Source: a virus
Taxonomy: Duplodnaviria; Caudoviricetes
Reading direction: 5' to 3' (one strand)
DNA: 27,522 nucleotides
Virus record (IMG/VR): IMGVR_UViG_3300012953_000172
Span: 1 to 27,522 of that record
Position numbers and translations under genes: made by a program. The notes under the pieces were generated by a model. That model saw only the letters and a program-made list of their open reading frames with translations. It made no database searches and was not told the DNA's origin. The number at the start of each line of letters is the position of its first letter. Within the stretch, counting starts at the first letter, position 1. Below are positions 19,485 to 26,848 of this stretch, piece by piece.

Positions 19485-19661
19485 ATGAGAGATACTTTAA
19501 GATTACTAAGTAATTACCCAGAGTTAGGTGGCAGTGTAAGTTTTTTTTCAACGATTATAGGATGGACAAACATATTCAATCCTATTCTAACCTTTATATC
19601 ATTAAGTATAGGTATTGTAATTGGTCTTATGACTTTATATGCTAAATGGTCTAAAAAGTAG
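19485..19661 (+). CDS. 58-aa holin-like membrane protein (not in ORF track)
   Basis: MRDTLRLLSNYPELGGSVSFFSTIIGWTNIFNPILTFISLSIGIVIGLMTLYAKWSKK. GAGGA upstream, two hydrophobic segments and a basic C-terminus. Confidence 0.6.
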   Translation: MRDTLRLLSNYPELGGSVSFFSTIIGWTNIFNPILTFISLSIGIVIGLMTLYAKWSKK

Positions 19662-20223
19662 GATAATCTAAATTAAAAGATATAACAATTCTTTCTTCTT
19701 CTGTAGTATTAGGAGGCACTTTATGTGCAAGCCAACCAGGAAATAATATTAACATACCTTCATATACTTCCTTACCGTAATTATTATAATGTAAGTTTTC
19801 AAAATTTCTAGTAGGCTGTGGATCTTCAAACACTAAAAAGTTTTTTTGTTGTTTAGGCAGCTTAATATAATAAGCACCAGATAACCAAGAACGTGCGTGT
19901 GTATGTATAGAGTTATAATTATCTTTTTTGTTTATAATAAACCACATTTCAGAAATCTTTTTGCAGCTCATATCTTTAGTTAAACTAAAATCATTAATTA
20001 TATATTTATTTGCTGCTTCTAATATTGCTTTATTTAATACATTAAAAGATTCTATGTTTCTATTATGTAAATCTGATTCACTATGATAACCGCCTTTATT
20101 AGATCTATCTATGCTAGTCTCTTTATTTTTAATATCTTCTATATCCTTTAAAAACATTTTATCTACAGGTAAATTGTAATAGTAGAGAGTAGTAGGGAAT
20201 ATAGGTTCTCTGTATATTTGCAT
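19651..20223 (-). CDS. 2OG-Fe(II) oxygenase, TIGR02466-like
   Basis: IFPT start, RSNKGGYHS, W..IN....YN..HTH..SWLSGAYY, FEDP, LFPGWLAHKV.PN....RIVISFN. Confidence 0.88.
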   Translation of the reverse strand: MQIYREPIFPTTLYYYNLPVDKMFLKDIEDIKNKETSIDRSNKGGYHSESDLHNRNIESFNVLNKAILEAANKYIINDFSLTKDMSCKKISEMWFIINKKDNYNSIHTHARSWLSGAYYIKLPKQQKNFLVFEDPQPTRNFENLHYNNYGKEVYEGMLILFPGWLAHKVPPNTTEEERIVISFNLDYPTF

Positions 20224-20385
20224 TTATTTTTTAGGATTTAGTGAGTACTTATAGAATGACATTACATAGAGATAGATCCACCAGCATCTTTTATTGTCAG
20301 ACGCTATTAATGCGGCTTTCTTGAATCTTGCTCTTCTAGATAAGCCACGGTATTCTTCTGCGTAATACTCCTGACCTTTAGTCAA
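20224..20385 (-). CDS. hypothetical protein (53 aa; not in ORF track)
   Basis: TTG start 5 nt after GGAGA. MTKGQEYYAEEYRGLSRRARFKKAALIASDNKRCWWIYLYVMSFYKYSLNPKK fills the gap exactly. Confidence 0.6.
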   Translation of the reverse strand: MTKGQEYYAEEYRGLSRRARFKKAALIASDNKRCWWIYLYVMSFYKYSLNPKK

Positions 20386-20647
20386 TTATTTCTCCGTTGA
20401 ATTCTGTAATAATTACTTCAAGTAAAGGATGAAGTCTTTCATTATTACTTATCCAAAACTTACAACCTTTATTTATTATATTGTTAGGAATTTTTGGTGG
20501 AGATTGTTTTTTGTAATACATCCACCAGTAACACGTGTTGTTTTTATTATACGTGCAATTTAGACAGTTTCTTATTGAGTCTTCTTTGATATTTTTCAGC
20601 TTTCTCTTTAGTAAAAAATTTTCTACCATCAGATGATATATATACAA
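20378..20647 (-). CDS. hypothetical Cys-rich protein (start uncertain)
   Basis: CLNC..C...C motif typical of small phage metal-binding proteins. The 5' part overlaps another plausible ORF. Confidence 0.5.
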   Translation of the reverse strand: MYIYHLMVENFLLKRKLKNIKEDSIRNCLNCTYNKNNTCYWWMYYKKQSPPKIPNNIINKGCKFWISNNERLHPLLEVIITEFNGEIID

Positions 20648-20675
20648 AGTCTATTTCGTGTTTAATTTCTTTCAT
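20547..20675 (-). CDS. hypothetical protein (42 aa; not in ORF track)
   Basis: MKEIKHEIDFVYISSDGRKFFTKEKAEKYQRRLNKKLSKLHV. The Y...DG..F...A..Y pattern is common in small phage proteins. No clear SD. Confidence 0.5.
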   Translation of the reverse strand: MKEIKHEIDFVYISSDGRKFFTKEKAEKYQRRLNKKLSKLHV

Positions 20676-20683
20676 ATTTAAGT

Positions 20684-20750
20684 TTAAGGAGCCTCACTTA
20701 CGAGCATTAGATGATTGAGAGGTATGGAGGTTATAAACAAGACTCCTTAA
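20684..20750 (-). ncRNA. long hairpin RNA element with an anti-SD-like loop
   Basis: On the - strand, UUAAGGAGUCUUGUUUAU pairs with GUAAGUGAGGCUCCUUAA (18 bp, 5 G-U). The loop contains ACCUCC and ACCUCUC. Confidence 0.45.
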
Positions 20751-21034
20751 CTTTTTCCTATTATGTTATTATTTAGTATTGACTTAGAATCAAACTCTAA
20801 AGATTCTATTATTTCACCATTTGCATGTGTTACATCTATGGTTATTGTATCTTCAATGTTTTTAACATTAACTTTAAATGTACCATTATCAACTTCTAGT
20901 TTATTTTTTTGTAAAGATTCTATGCCTTTTCGGAGAGATTTTACATATTTAATACCAAGTATAGTCTCACCCATTAATCTGTCTAAAAGTACATACAATT
21001 TTTTTAAATAATCTATTGATAATTCTCTATCCAT
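20747..21034 (-). CDS. hypothetical protein
   Basis: 95-aa ORF overlapping the upstream stop codon, co-oriented with its neighbours. Confidence 0.7.
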   Translation of the reverse strand: MDRELSIDYLKKLYVLLDRLMGETILGIKYVKSLRKGIESLQKNKLEVDNGTFKVNVKNIEDTITIDVTHANGEIIESLEFDSKSILNNNIIGKS

Positions 21035-21359
21035 TTAACAACTTTAACCATTCTTCTAGATCCATAACAACTTTTGGTGTTTCTCTGTTTCTTTTAATAA
21101 CTAATACTGGAGTTGATTTACCAGAGTTAGTTTCACATTGCTTGAATGATTTCCAAACATTAAGTTTTTCTACATTCTTGCATTCAAAAGAAAAAGGTAG
21201 TTTCTTTCTAGCATGAGGGGTAAGGACAATGTCCTCACCCGTCATACCCATTATTTGAGATCCTATGTCATCCTTTAAATCAGGATATAATTTTACTAGT
21301 TTATCTCTTAATATATTCTGCAATCTCTTGCCTTTGTTCTTCGCTGATCTTGCTTTCAT
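21027..21359 (-). CDS. PD-(D/E)xK nuclease, Holliday junction resolvase-like
   Basis: SAKNKG.RLQ, GEDIV, FSFECKNVE, P.LV.KRNR. The ATG at 21359 forms an ATGA overlap with the upstream gene. Confidence 0.8.
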   Translation of the reverse strand: MKARSAKNKGKRLQNILRDKLVKLYPDLKDDIGSQIMGMTGEDIVLTPHARKKLPFSFECKNVEKLNVWKSFKQCETNSGKSTPVLVIKRNRETPKVVMDLEEWLKLLNG

Positions 21360-21544
21360 GGTAACAACTTTCTCCAAATTGATAAACCCATTGATACTTC
21401 AAAGGGACCTGCACTAATTCCTAAAGTCATATGGTCTCCCTTTACTATATTATAAGACATAGTAATAGAGAATAACCATAAAAATATTAAAGAAATACCG
21501 CATTGATTATCGTAAGATGTTCCAAGAGTTTTATATTTAATCAT
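21356..21544 (-). CDS. hypothetical protein
   Basis: 62 aa with AGGAG upstream, translationally coupled on both sides. Confidence 0.65.
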   Translation of the reverse strand: MIKYKTLGTSYDNQCGISLIFLWLFSITMSYNIVKGDHMTLGISAGPFEVSMGLSIWRKLLP

Positions 21545-23316
21545 TATATACTCCTAGGTTTAAATTGAAATGTCTTGTAGTCGAAATCAAAAGCCATTTC
21601 AAAGTCTGTCTCGTCCCTAGATGCTAATGACCTAATAACTCTTATATTATTTGCATCTCTCTGTCCTTGTATGCCTAGAATCTTATCTGCTTTTTGTTCT
21701 ATTGCTGAATTACCTTTAGCACTGTGAACAGTAAGCATATCTCTAGAAGCACCTTTAGATATGTGAGATATACCAAAGAATATAACATCCATTTGAGTTG
21801 CTATTTGCTTTAAACTATTAACTATCTTTTCCATTTTAGTAAAAGGATCATTATTGTATTTAACTTCTATTGCATCTATAGTATCTATACAAACAATTTG
21901 TGGCTGATTGTCAGCTATAAGTTGTTTCATAGAATCTATGTCTGGACTAGTAGTCATTACTTTAATGTGTTTTACTTTATCATTTATCTTATTAACTCTA
22001 TCTTCATCATATATTCTATACGTTTCATTAACTTCTTGCTTAGTAATTCCATTACCAGCTTGTAAGAAACGTCTAAAGATAAGCCAATCACCAACCTCTA
22101 ATGATAAATACATTACATTCATGTGAGATAGTTTTACCATAAGACTTTGCAGCCATGCTGTTTTACCTAACTTAGTATCACCTAGCAGTATTGCTAATTC
22201 GCCAGGCAAGAATCTATAGTCAGTATTCATAGGATAATAGTCTTTAAGATTAAAGCTGTTAGTGTCCATATCCATGTGAACAAAGTCTCTTAGTTTACTA
22301 GAAAGCTCTTTTACATTAAGAACTTCTAGACCATAGTTTTTATTCTTATAAAACTTGCATATTGGATCACAATATTTTTCCATAATTGTATCACTACAAC
22401 TATAACCATTGTGTTCCCAAGCATATACATCGTCTATAATTTTAAGAATTTCGTTATGATCTAATGAAGGTATATTATATTCAGACATTTTTATAGCACC
22501 TTCTTTTTGAATGCCCATTCTACGCCAACCATTAGCCATTCTAAGCAGTGTTATATGTCTTTCACCTTCTTTATCTGATTTCCACATCTTTTGCACACAA
22601 GTTACATGTGCATTTAGATTAGTGTTAGATACATCAGCGTTATTTTCTTCTTTAAACTCTTTAACATCAAGAACTTTATCTTCCCATATTGTTATTTGAT
22701 TTTCATCAAAAGGTTTATGGTTGTAATCTTGTTTTTGAGTTTGACAATATTCACATATTTCTAGATATGTCATATCGTTTAACATTTTCCATGATAATGG
22801 TAATTTGTATAGCTCACTTTTCATATTTATTGTGTAGCCAACACGAATTAATCTACCTTTATCATATATATTGTCAACAAGTTTACCAAAATGACTATCT
22901 ATTGTCATCTTTGCTTGATAAGGTAAGTTTTCACTTGGTACAAAACCATAAAGATTTGGTATTTCTATGTGAAAACCTCTACCGCTAAACCATATATGTA
23001 TTTGATCATCTTCTAAACCTTGTTCAAGCAATGTTTCATAAAATGACAATGCTCTTTGTTTAGTATCTTGACCAGTCTTTTTACCTCTATCTATATCAAA
23101 TATAACAGTATTTAATGCATATGTACCTTTATAAGACTTTATAGATCCTTTGTCTCTAAAATGTTCAAATGCGCTTTTATCTAATATAAATAAACTACGA
23201 TATAGCTCTTGATTAGGTTTTATGTACTTAGTTATATGTTCTGGGCGAATAGCATAGGCTCTGTTAGATACAGAACCTATTGCTAATTCTACGTATTTTA
23301 CGTTATTATCTGCCAT
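21544..23316 (-). CDS. AEP-family primase fused to a DnaB-like SF4 helicase
   Basis: AEP motifs FDID, FSGRGFH and DNIYD..RLIR. Cys-containing middle domain. Walker A GDTKLGKT, LSLE, Walker B VCID, ISH and KGNSAIEQKAD. Confidence 0.88.
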   Translation of the reverse strand: MADNNVKYVELAIGSVSNRAYAIRPEHITKYIKPNQELYRSLFILDKSAFEHFRDKGSIKSYKGTYALNTVIFDIDRGKKTGQDTKQRALSFYETLLEQGLEDDQIHIWFSGRGFHIEIPNLYGFVPSENLPYQAKMTIDSHFGKLVDNIYDKGRLIRVGYTINMKSELYKLPLSWKMLNDMTYLEICEYCQTQKQDYNHKPFDENQITIWEDKVLDVKEFKEENNADVSNTNLNAHVTCVQKMWKSDKEGERHITLLRMANGWRRMGIQKEGAIKMSEYNIPSLDHNEILKIIDDVYAWEHNGYSCSDTIMEKYCDPICKFYKNKNYGLEVLNVKELSSKLRDFVHMDMDTNSFNLKDYYPMNTDYRFLPGELAILLGDTKLGKTAWLQSLMVKLSHMNVMYLSLEVGDWLIFRRFLQAGNGITKQEVNETYRIYDEDRVNKINDKVKHIKVMTTSPDIDSMKQLIADNQPQIVCIDTIDAIEVKYNNDPFTKMEKIVNSLKQIATQMDVIFFGISHISKGASRDMLTVHSAKGNSAIEQKADKILGIQGQRDANNIRVIRSLASRDETDFEMAFDFDYKTFQFKPRSI

Positions 23317-23555
23317 GTTTTTGTCTTATTTTGATTAGATATTTCTTTCAAATCAATGACACCTATTTCATTATATTCTTTATTCTCTCTTATCTTACGC
23401 CATGTTCTAGAATAAGCCGAAGGTAATCTACTAGTATTATGAAATAATTTACCATATTCTGGTAAGCGTGTTTCAATATGTACTGAAGATATTACTGGAA
23501 CTCCTTGATTTATTCTATAATTAAGATATTTAAGAATTATTCCTTTAGTTGTCAT
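23298..23555 (-). CDS. hypothetical protein (possible winged-helix-like DNA binder)
   Basis: 85-aa basic ORF, TAATG-coupled. The function guess is weak. Confidence 0.65.
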   Translation of the reverse strand: MTTKGIILKYLNYRINQGVPVISSVHIETRLPEYGKLFHNTSRLPSAYSRTWRKIRENKEYNEIGVIDLKEISNQNKTKTWQIIT

Positions 23556-24145
23556 TAAGTTGGTATTCCGTTGAATTGATCATCACTTGACCAAGGGCTA
23601 TCACTTTCTGATGACTCTTCTGAAGATTTGAAATCCTTAACATAGTTTTTACCTACTGAATCTTTAAACTCTGCTTTGAATTTACTTACTTCATAGTTAG
23701 GCATTCTAGTTTCTTGCCAATCTTTCCATAATTGTCCACCATCACGTTTAGTTTTAGTAGAAATGTATGTTAATCTTAGAAACTCTTTACCTATCAGTCT
23801 TTGTTCTGCATCAGCTGGTAATTTGCTAGATTGTGGACTTTTACCTTTATCTAACATTATTGGTAATCCTATAGAGTCAAAGAACATTTTAACTTTAAAT
23901 GCTGTTGACCATCCTACAATCTCACCACTTACATCGTCTTTCTTATAATTACCACCTATATACATATTAGGTTGGAAATCTCTTCCGATGTCTAATGTTA
24001 GATGTACAGAAATATCATCTGAATATGTTTGCCAATCTTCTTTGACACCATATTTAATTTCTGCTGTTGCTATTTTTACTTTGTCGACAAATAAATTGTC
24101 TTTACTTTTTGATCCTGAACTGCTACCGCTAGTTACCCAATCCAT
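23555..24145 (-). CDS. putative single-stranded DNA-binding protein
   Basis: GGAGG RBS, located between ERF and the primase-helicase, acidic Ser-rich tail ending DDQFNGIPT. Function is inferred from context. Confidence 0.5.
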   Translation of the reverse strand: MDWVTSGSSSGSKSKDNLFVDKVKIATAEIKYGVKEDWQTYSDDISVHLTLDIGRDFQPNMYIGGNYKKDDVSGEIVGWSTAFKVKMFFDSIGLPIMLDKGKSPQSSKLPADAEQRLIGKEFLRLTYISTKTKRDGGQLWKDWQETRMPNYEVSKFKAEFKDSVGKNYVKDFKSSEESSESDSPWSSDDQFNGIPT

Positions 24146-24154
24146 GCTTACCTC

Positions 24155-24619
24155 CTAGTTATTTACTTTTTTTGGAAAATCTGATGCTTCATTAGCATCA
24201 TCATCTTTTTGTGCTACACCAGCCATTGCTGCTAAACCATATCTTCTACCATAGGTATTTAATGAACCTATAGCTTGTGCGTTAGCATTTTTAGGCATTG
24301 GTAAAGCTATTTCACTTGATAGCCATTCTCCAGATGAATGTATTAACTTAGTAACTACTAAAAATACACCACCTTTGAATCTATTACCTTGAACAAATGC
24401 TATTTCATTTTTAGACAATGTTTCTCTACAACTTTCTATTACTGAATGTAGATCTGCATATCCACTCTTAAAGAATGGATTTACTGAGCCTTTTTTGGCT
24501 CCCATTATGTCTTTCTGTGCATTAGCTAAGGCTTTAGCTATTTTGCCTACTGTAGGCGATTGATCTTCTACTATATTTTCTATTTTAGGAATTTGTTTTT
24601 CCGTTTGATTATTATCCAT
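24155..24619 (-). CDS. erf: ERF-family ssDNA annealing protein
   Basis: K...NPFFKS.YADL, T.L.HSSGEW, Q..GS..TYGRRY.L.A..G....DDDAN. GGAGG RBS. Confidence 0.9.
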   Translation of the reverse strand: MDNNQTEKQIPKIENIVEDQSPTVGKIAKALANAQKDIMGAKKGSVNPFFKSGYADLHSVIESCRETLSKNEIAFVQGNRFKGGVFLVVTKLIHSSGEWLSSEIALPMPKNANAQAIGSLNTYGRRYGLAAMAGVAQKDDDANEASDFPKKVNN

Positions 24620-24640
24620 TTTACCTCCGATTTGAATTAT

Positions 24641-24670
24641 AAATATAACTTATTTAAACTAATAATACAA
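24641..24670 (-). promoter_or_regulatory. possible sigma70-like promoter for the erf-replication operon
   Basis: On the - strand, TTGTAT-17 nt-TATATT (with a TATAAT 6 nt further on), just after the terminator. The AT-rich context makes this weak. Confidence 0.35.
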
Positions 24671-24700
24671 AAAAAAAGAGAGCCTATTAAAGACTCTCTT
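24669..24700 (-). terminator. intrinsic terminator
   Basis: On the - strand, AAGAGAGUCU-UUAAU-AGGCUCUCUU, running into a 9-nt U tract. Confidence 0.8.
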
Positions 24701-24707
24701 CTTTATA

Positions 24708-24884
24708 CTAAAACACAAGCCAGACAGAGGTTACTATTCTGGATTTCCGTGCGCACCCACTATCATGTGTCTTAGTTTGTCAGACAAAACTAGGGATAAA
24801 CTATTAATTGACATTACCTTATAAACAAAACACTATGAACTGTTCTAAGCACAGCTGCTCACCGCTGTCGTGTCGTTTATCCCT
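24708..24884 (-). ncRNA. candidate structured RNA(s): two closed multi-stem domains
   Basis: AGGGAUAAAC/GUUUAUCCCU (24792-24884) with inner ACAGC/GCUGU, and CUAAGACACA/UGUGUUUUAG (24708-24775) with inner CCAGA/UCUGG. Locally GC-enriched and non-coding on the sense strand. Confidence 0.45.
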
Positions 24885-24889
24885 TATTT

Positions 24890-25702
24890 TTAACTACTAT
24901 ATTCTTCTTTTAATGCATCTTGCGAATACTTCATTAAACTGTCTGTAATATATGCATTGTGATCAAAATCTGCTTTAGTTGATTTTTTCTTATGCCATAA
25001 TACATTTGTTGATGCATTGTATAGATCATAAACTGTTGGACTCTTTGAATAAGTTAACAATTTATCTACTATAGTTCCAAATAAAGAAACTGGTACTCCT
25101 GTTAAATAGTTTTCTCTGATATGTGATAATTTGCCCATGTTTAATGGAGTGTTTGAAAACATTCTTAATCCATTTACAAAATATCTTATATTATCTTCAG
25201 AGTTATTTATTATCGTTGCAGCTTCCATTATTTGATCTTCATATCCTTCAGATGACCTATCGTGTTTAAATCTATATGAATTAAATATGTCATTAGATAC
25301 CATTCCATTTAAACATACTAATCTTTGTAAGAATATTTTAAACTGTAGTGCTGTTGATCCATCATAACTATTCCAAAACATTATACCAAGTGAAACATCA
25401 TCACCTACTGCTATTTCTTTTTTGTAATCTTTTGCTACCATAGAATACATAAATTGTCTTCCATTCCAAAAGATTTTATCTGTTTCCCATTGAAATTCTG
25501 ATGAATCAGTTACACTCTTTGCTAATTCTTCTACTTCTATATTATTTATTAGCAAATAGTTATTACTTACAACACCTACTTCTTTCCAGCCTGAGTTATT
25601 ATCTAAATCTTCTCTTTGTACAGACCAAGCATTAGATTTAGTTCCATTATATTCTAAAGGTACTTTCCTAATAGGATCGTACCATGATCCGATATTGCTC
25701 AT
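24890..25702 (-). CDS. DUF932 family protein
   Basis: VGVVS..Y.LI.N and FWNSYDGS.....RLVCLNGM...FKH signature, plus ...YDLYNA.T. Confidence 0.85.
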   Translation of the reverse strand: MSNIGSWYDPIRKVPLEYNGTKSNAWSVQREDLDNNSGWKEVGVVSNNYLLINNIEVEELAKSVTDSSEFQWETDKIFWNGRQFMYSMVAKDYKKEIAVGDDVSLGIMFWNSYDGSTALQFKIFLQRLVCLNGMVSNDIFNSYRFKHDRSSEGYEDQIMEAATIINNSEDNIRYFVNGLRMFSNTPLNMGKLSHIRENYLTGVPVSLFGTIVDKLLTYSKSPTVYDLYNASTNVLWHKKKSTKADFDHNAYITDSLMKYSQDALKEEYSS

Positions 25703-25998
25703 ATTGATATTTCCTCATCTTGATTTACTAATTTAACTATCATTGAAAATGGAACATTCCATTGTTTATCATCTATTTCAACAACTGCTCTAGTTCTATT
25801 TATTTTAACAATTTTTCCTTTTTCAATTTTATTAGTTCCACTTACTCTTACTTTATCACCTTTTACAAGGTTATATTTAGTCATTCTTCCTAGTGATTCA
25901 ATTTTATCTTTAATCATTGATCTTACTTCTCTTAAATCATCTAGATTATCCAATGTATTAATTAATACTAATAAATCACTTCTCGTATCTTTTCTCAT
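25699..25998 (-). CDS. hypothetical protein with a C-terminal KOW/SH3-like barrel
   Basis: LVKGDKVRV...GKIVKINRTRAVV...WNVPFSM. ATG at 25998 with AAGGAG and an ATGA overlap. Confidence 0.7.
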   Translation of the reverse strand: MRKDTRSDLLVLINTLDNLDDLREVRSMIKDKIESLGRMTKYNLVKGDKVRVSGTNKIEKGKIVKINRTRAVVEIDDKQWNVPFSMIVKLVNQDEEISI

Positions 25999-26177
25999 TG
26001 TTTTCTCCTTATTAATTTCCATTCACCTAGTCTACATACCTTTGAATACATTTTAATAACTACTTTTGTAGTATCTGCTTCGCCATCTTCCCATAGATCT
26101 TCTTCTGGAACTTCTTCCCATTTATCTGAATCTATATAATCTATATTCCATACATCTAACTTAGTTTTTGCATTCAT
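25995..26177 (-). CDS. hypothetical acidic protein
   Basis: ATG at 26177 in a TAATG overlap with GGAG upstream; 60 aa. Confidence 0.6.
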   Translation of the reverse strand: MNAKTKLDVWNIDYIDSDKWEEVPEEDLWEDGEADTTKVVIKMYSKVCRLGEWKLIRRKQ

Positions 26178-26500
26178 TACATTCTCCAATGTTTAAATTT
26201 CATTAACTTTTTCTTTGTTCTTGCATCTAAATTGAAATGAATTTCAAGATGTTTACAAGCTGCACTCATACTTTTAAACATTTCTGTTCTAAGAGTATCA
26301 AATGCATCGTCATTACATTCAATCCAATTTTTATGAACATCAACCCATAATACTGGTATTCTATTTTCGTTTTTACTGGATTGATATGTTTCTCTTATTA
26401 TTTGAACTTCATATTTTTTACCATGATATTTTCCCATACCTTCGTATATATGGTAATCTGCATCTATATTCAATATTTCAGTTTTTAATGATTTACGCAT
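26177..26500 (-). CDS. hypothetical protein
   Basis: 107 aa with AAGGAG RBS. Confidence 0.7.
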   Translation of the reverse strand: MRKSLKTEILNIDADYHIYEGMGKYHGKKYEVQIIRETYQSSKNENRIPVLWVDVHKNWIECNDDAFDTLRTEMFKSMSAACKHLEIHFNLDARTKKKLMKFKHWRM

Positions 26501-26724
26501 TTTTGCTCCTTAATGTCAATTATCATTTTGTTTGGATTTTTTGTTATTGTTCCAGTAGGTCCTCCTGGTTTATATGCTTCATGTAATTTTATATTAAGTA
26601 CAGTTCCACTTTTAAGCTGCACTTTACCTACAAACCTATGATCTGTATTTACAAAAACTCCATCTTTATTTTGTTTTAATAGCTTTTTATATTTTCTTGA
26701 TTTATTTAAATAATATTTACACAT
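26485..26724 (-). CDS. hypothetical protein
   Basis: 79 aa with TAAGGAG RBS. Confidence 0.65.
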   Translation of the reverse strand: MCKYYLNKSRKYKKLLKQNKDGVFVNTDHRFVGKVQLKSGTVLNIKLHEAYKPGGPTGTITKNPNKMIIDIKEQKCVNH

Positions 26725-26747
26725 TTTTCTCCTTAATTAAAAGATAA

Positions 26748-26844
26748 CAAAAAGAAAGAGAGCCTCACATATTCCTTTGCCTAGATAAATGCATTATCTG
26801 TAGCTACGCACATAGGACTTACAGGACCAGTTATTGGCTCTCTT
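26748..26844 (-). ncRNA. candidate structured RNA closed by a terminator-like stem
   Basis: AAGAGAGCC/GGCUCUCUU 9-bp closing stem followed by UCUUUUU. Inner UCCU/AGGA, UGC/GCA and an AGAUAA/UUAUCU hairpin. Confidence 0.55.
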
Positions 26845-26848
26845 AATT

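Noticed and set aside
24636-24646. T4-type late promoter TATAAATA on the + strand
   Set aside because: It faces away from any + strand gene, the motif is expected by chance at this AT content, and there are no T4-like genes in the window.
24708-24884. tRNA or CRISPR mini-array
   Set aside because: No T-loop (GTTCRA), cloverleaf or CCA arrangement, and no regularly spaced direct repeats.
26790-26835. Definite twister or hammerhead ribozyme call
   Set aside because: No CUGANGA/GAAA core. The twister-like loop has extra bases and no convincing P2, so it is kept only as an unclassified structured RNA.
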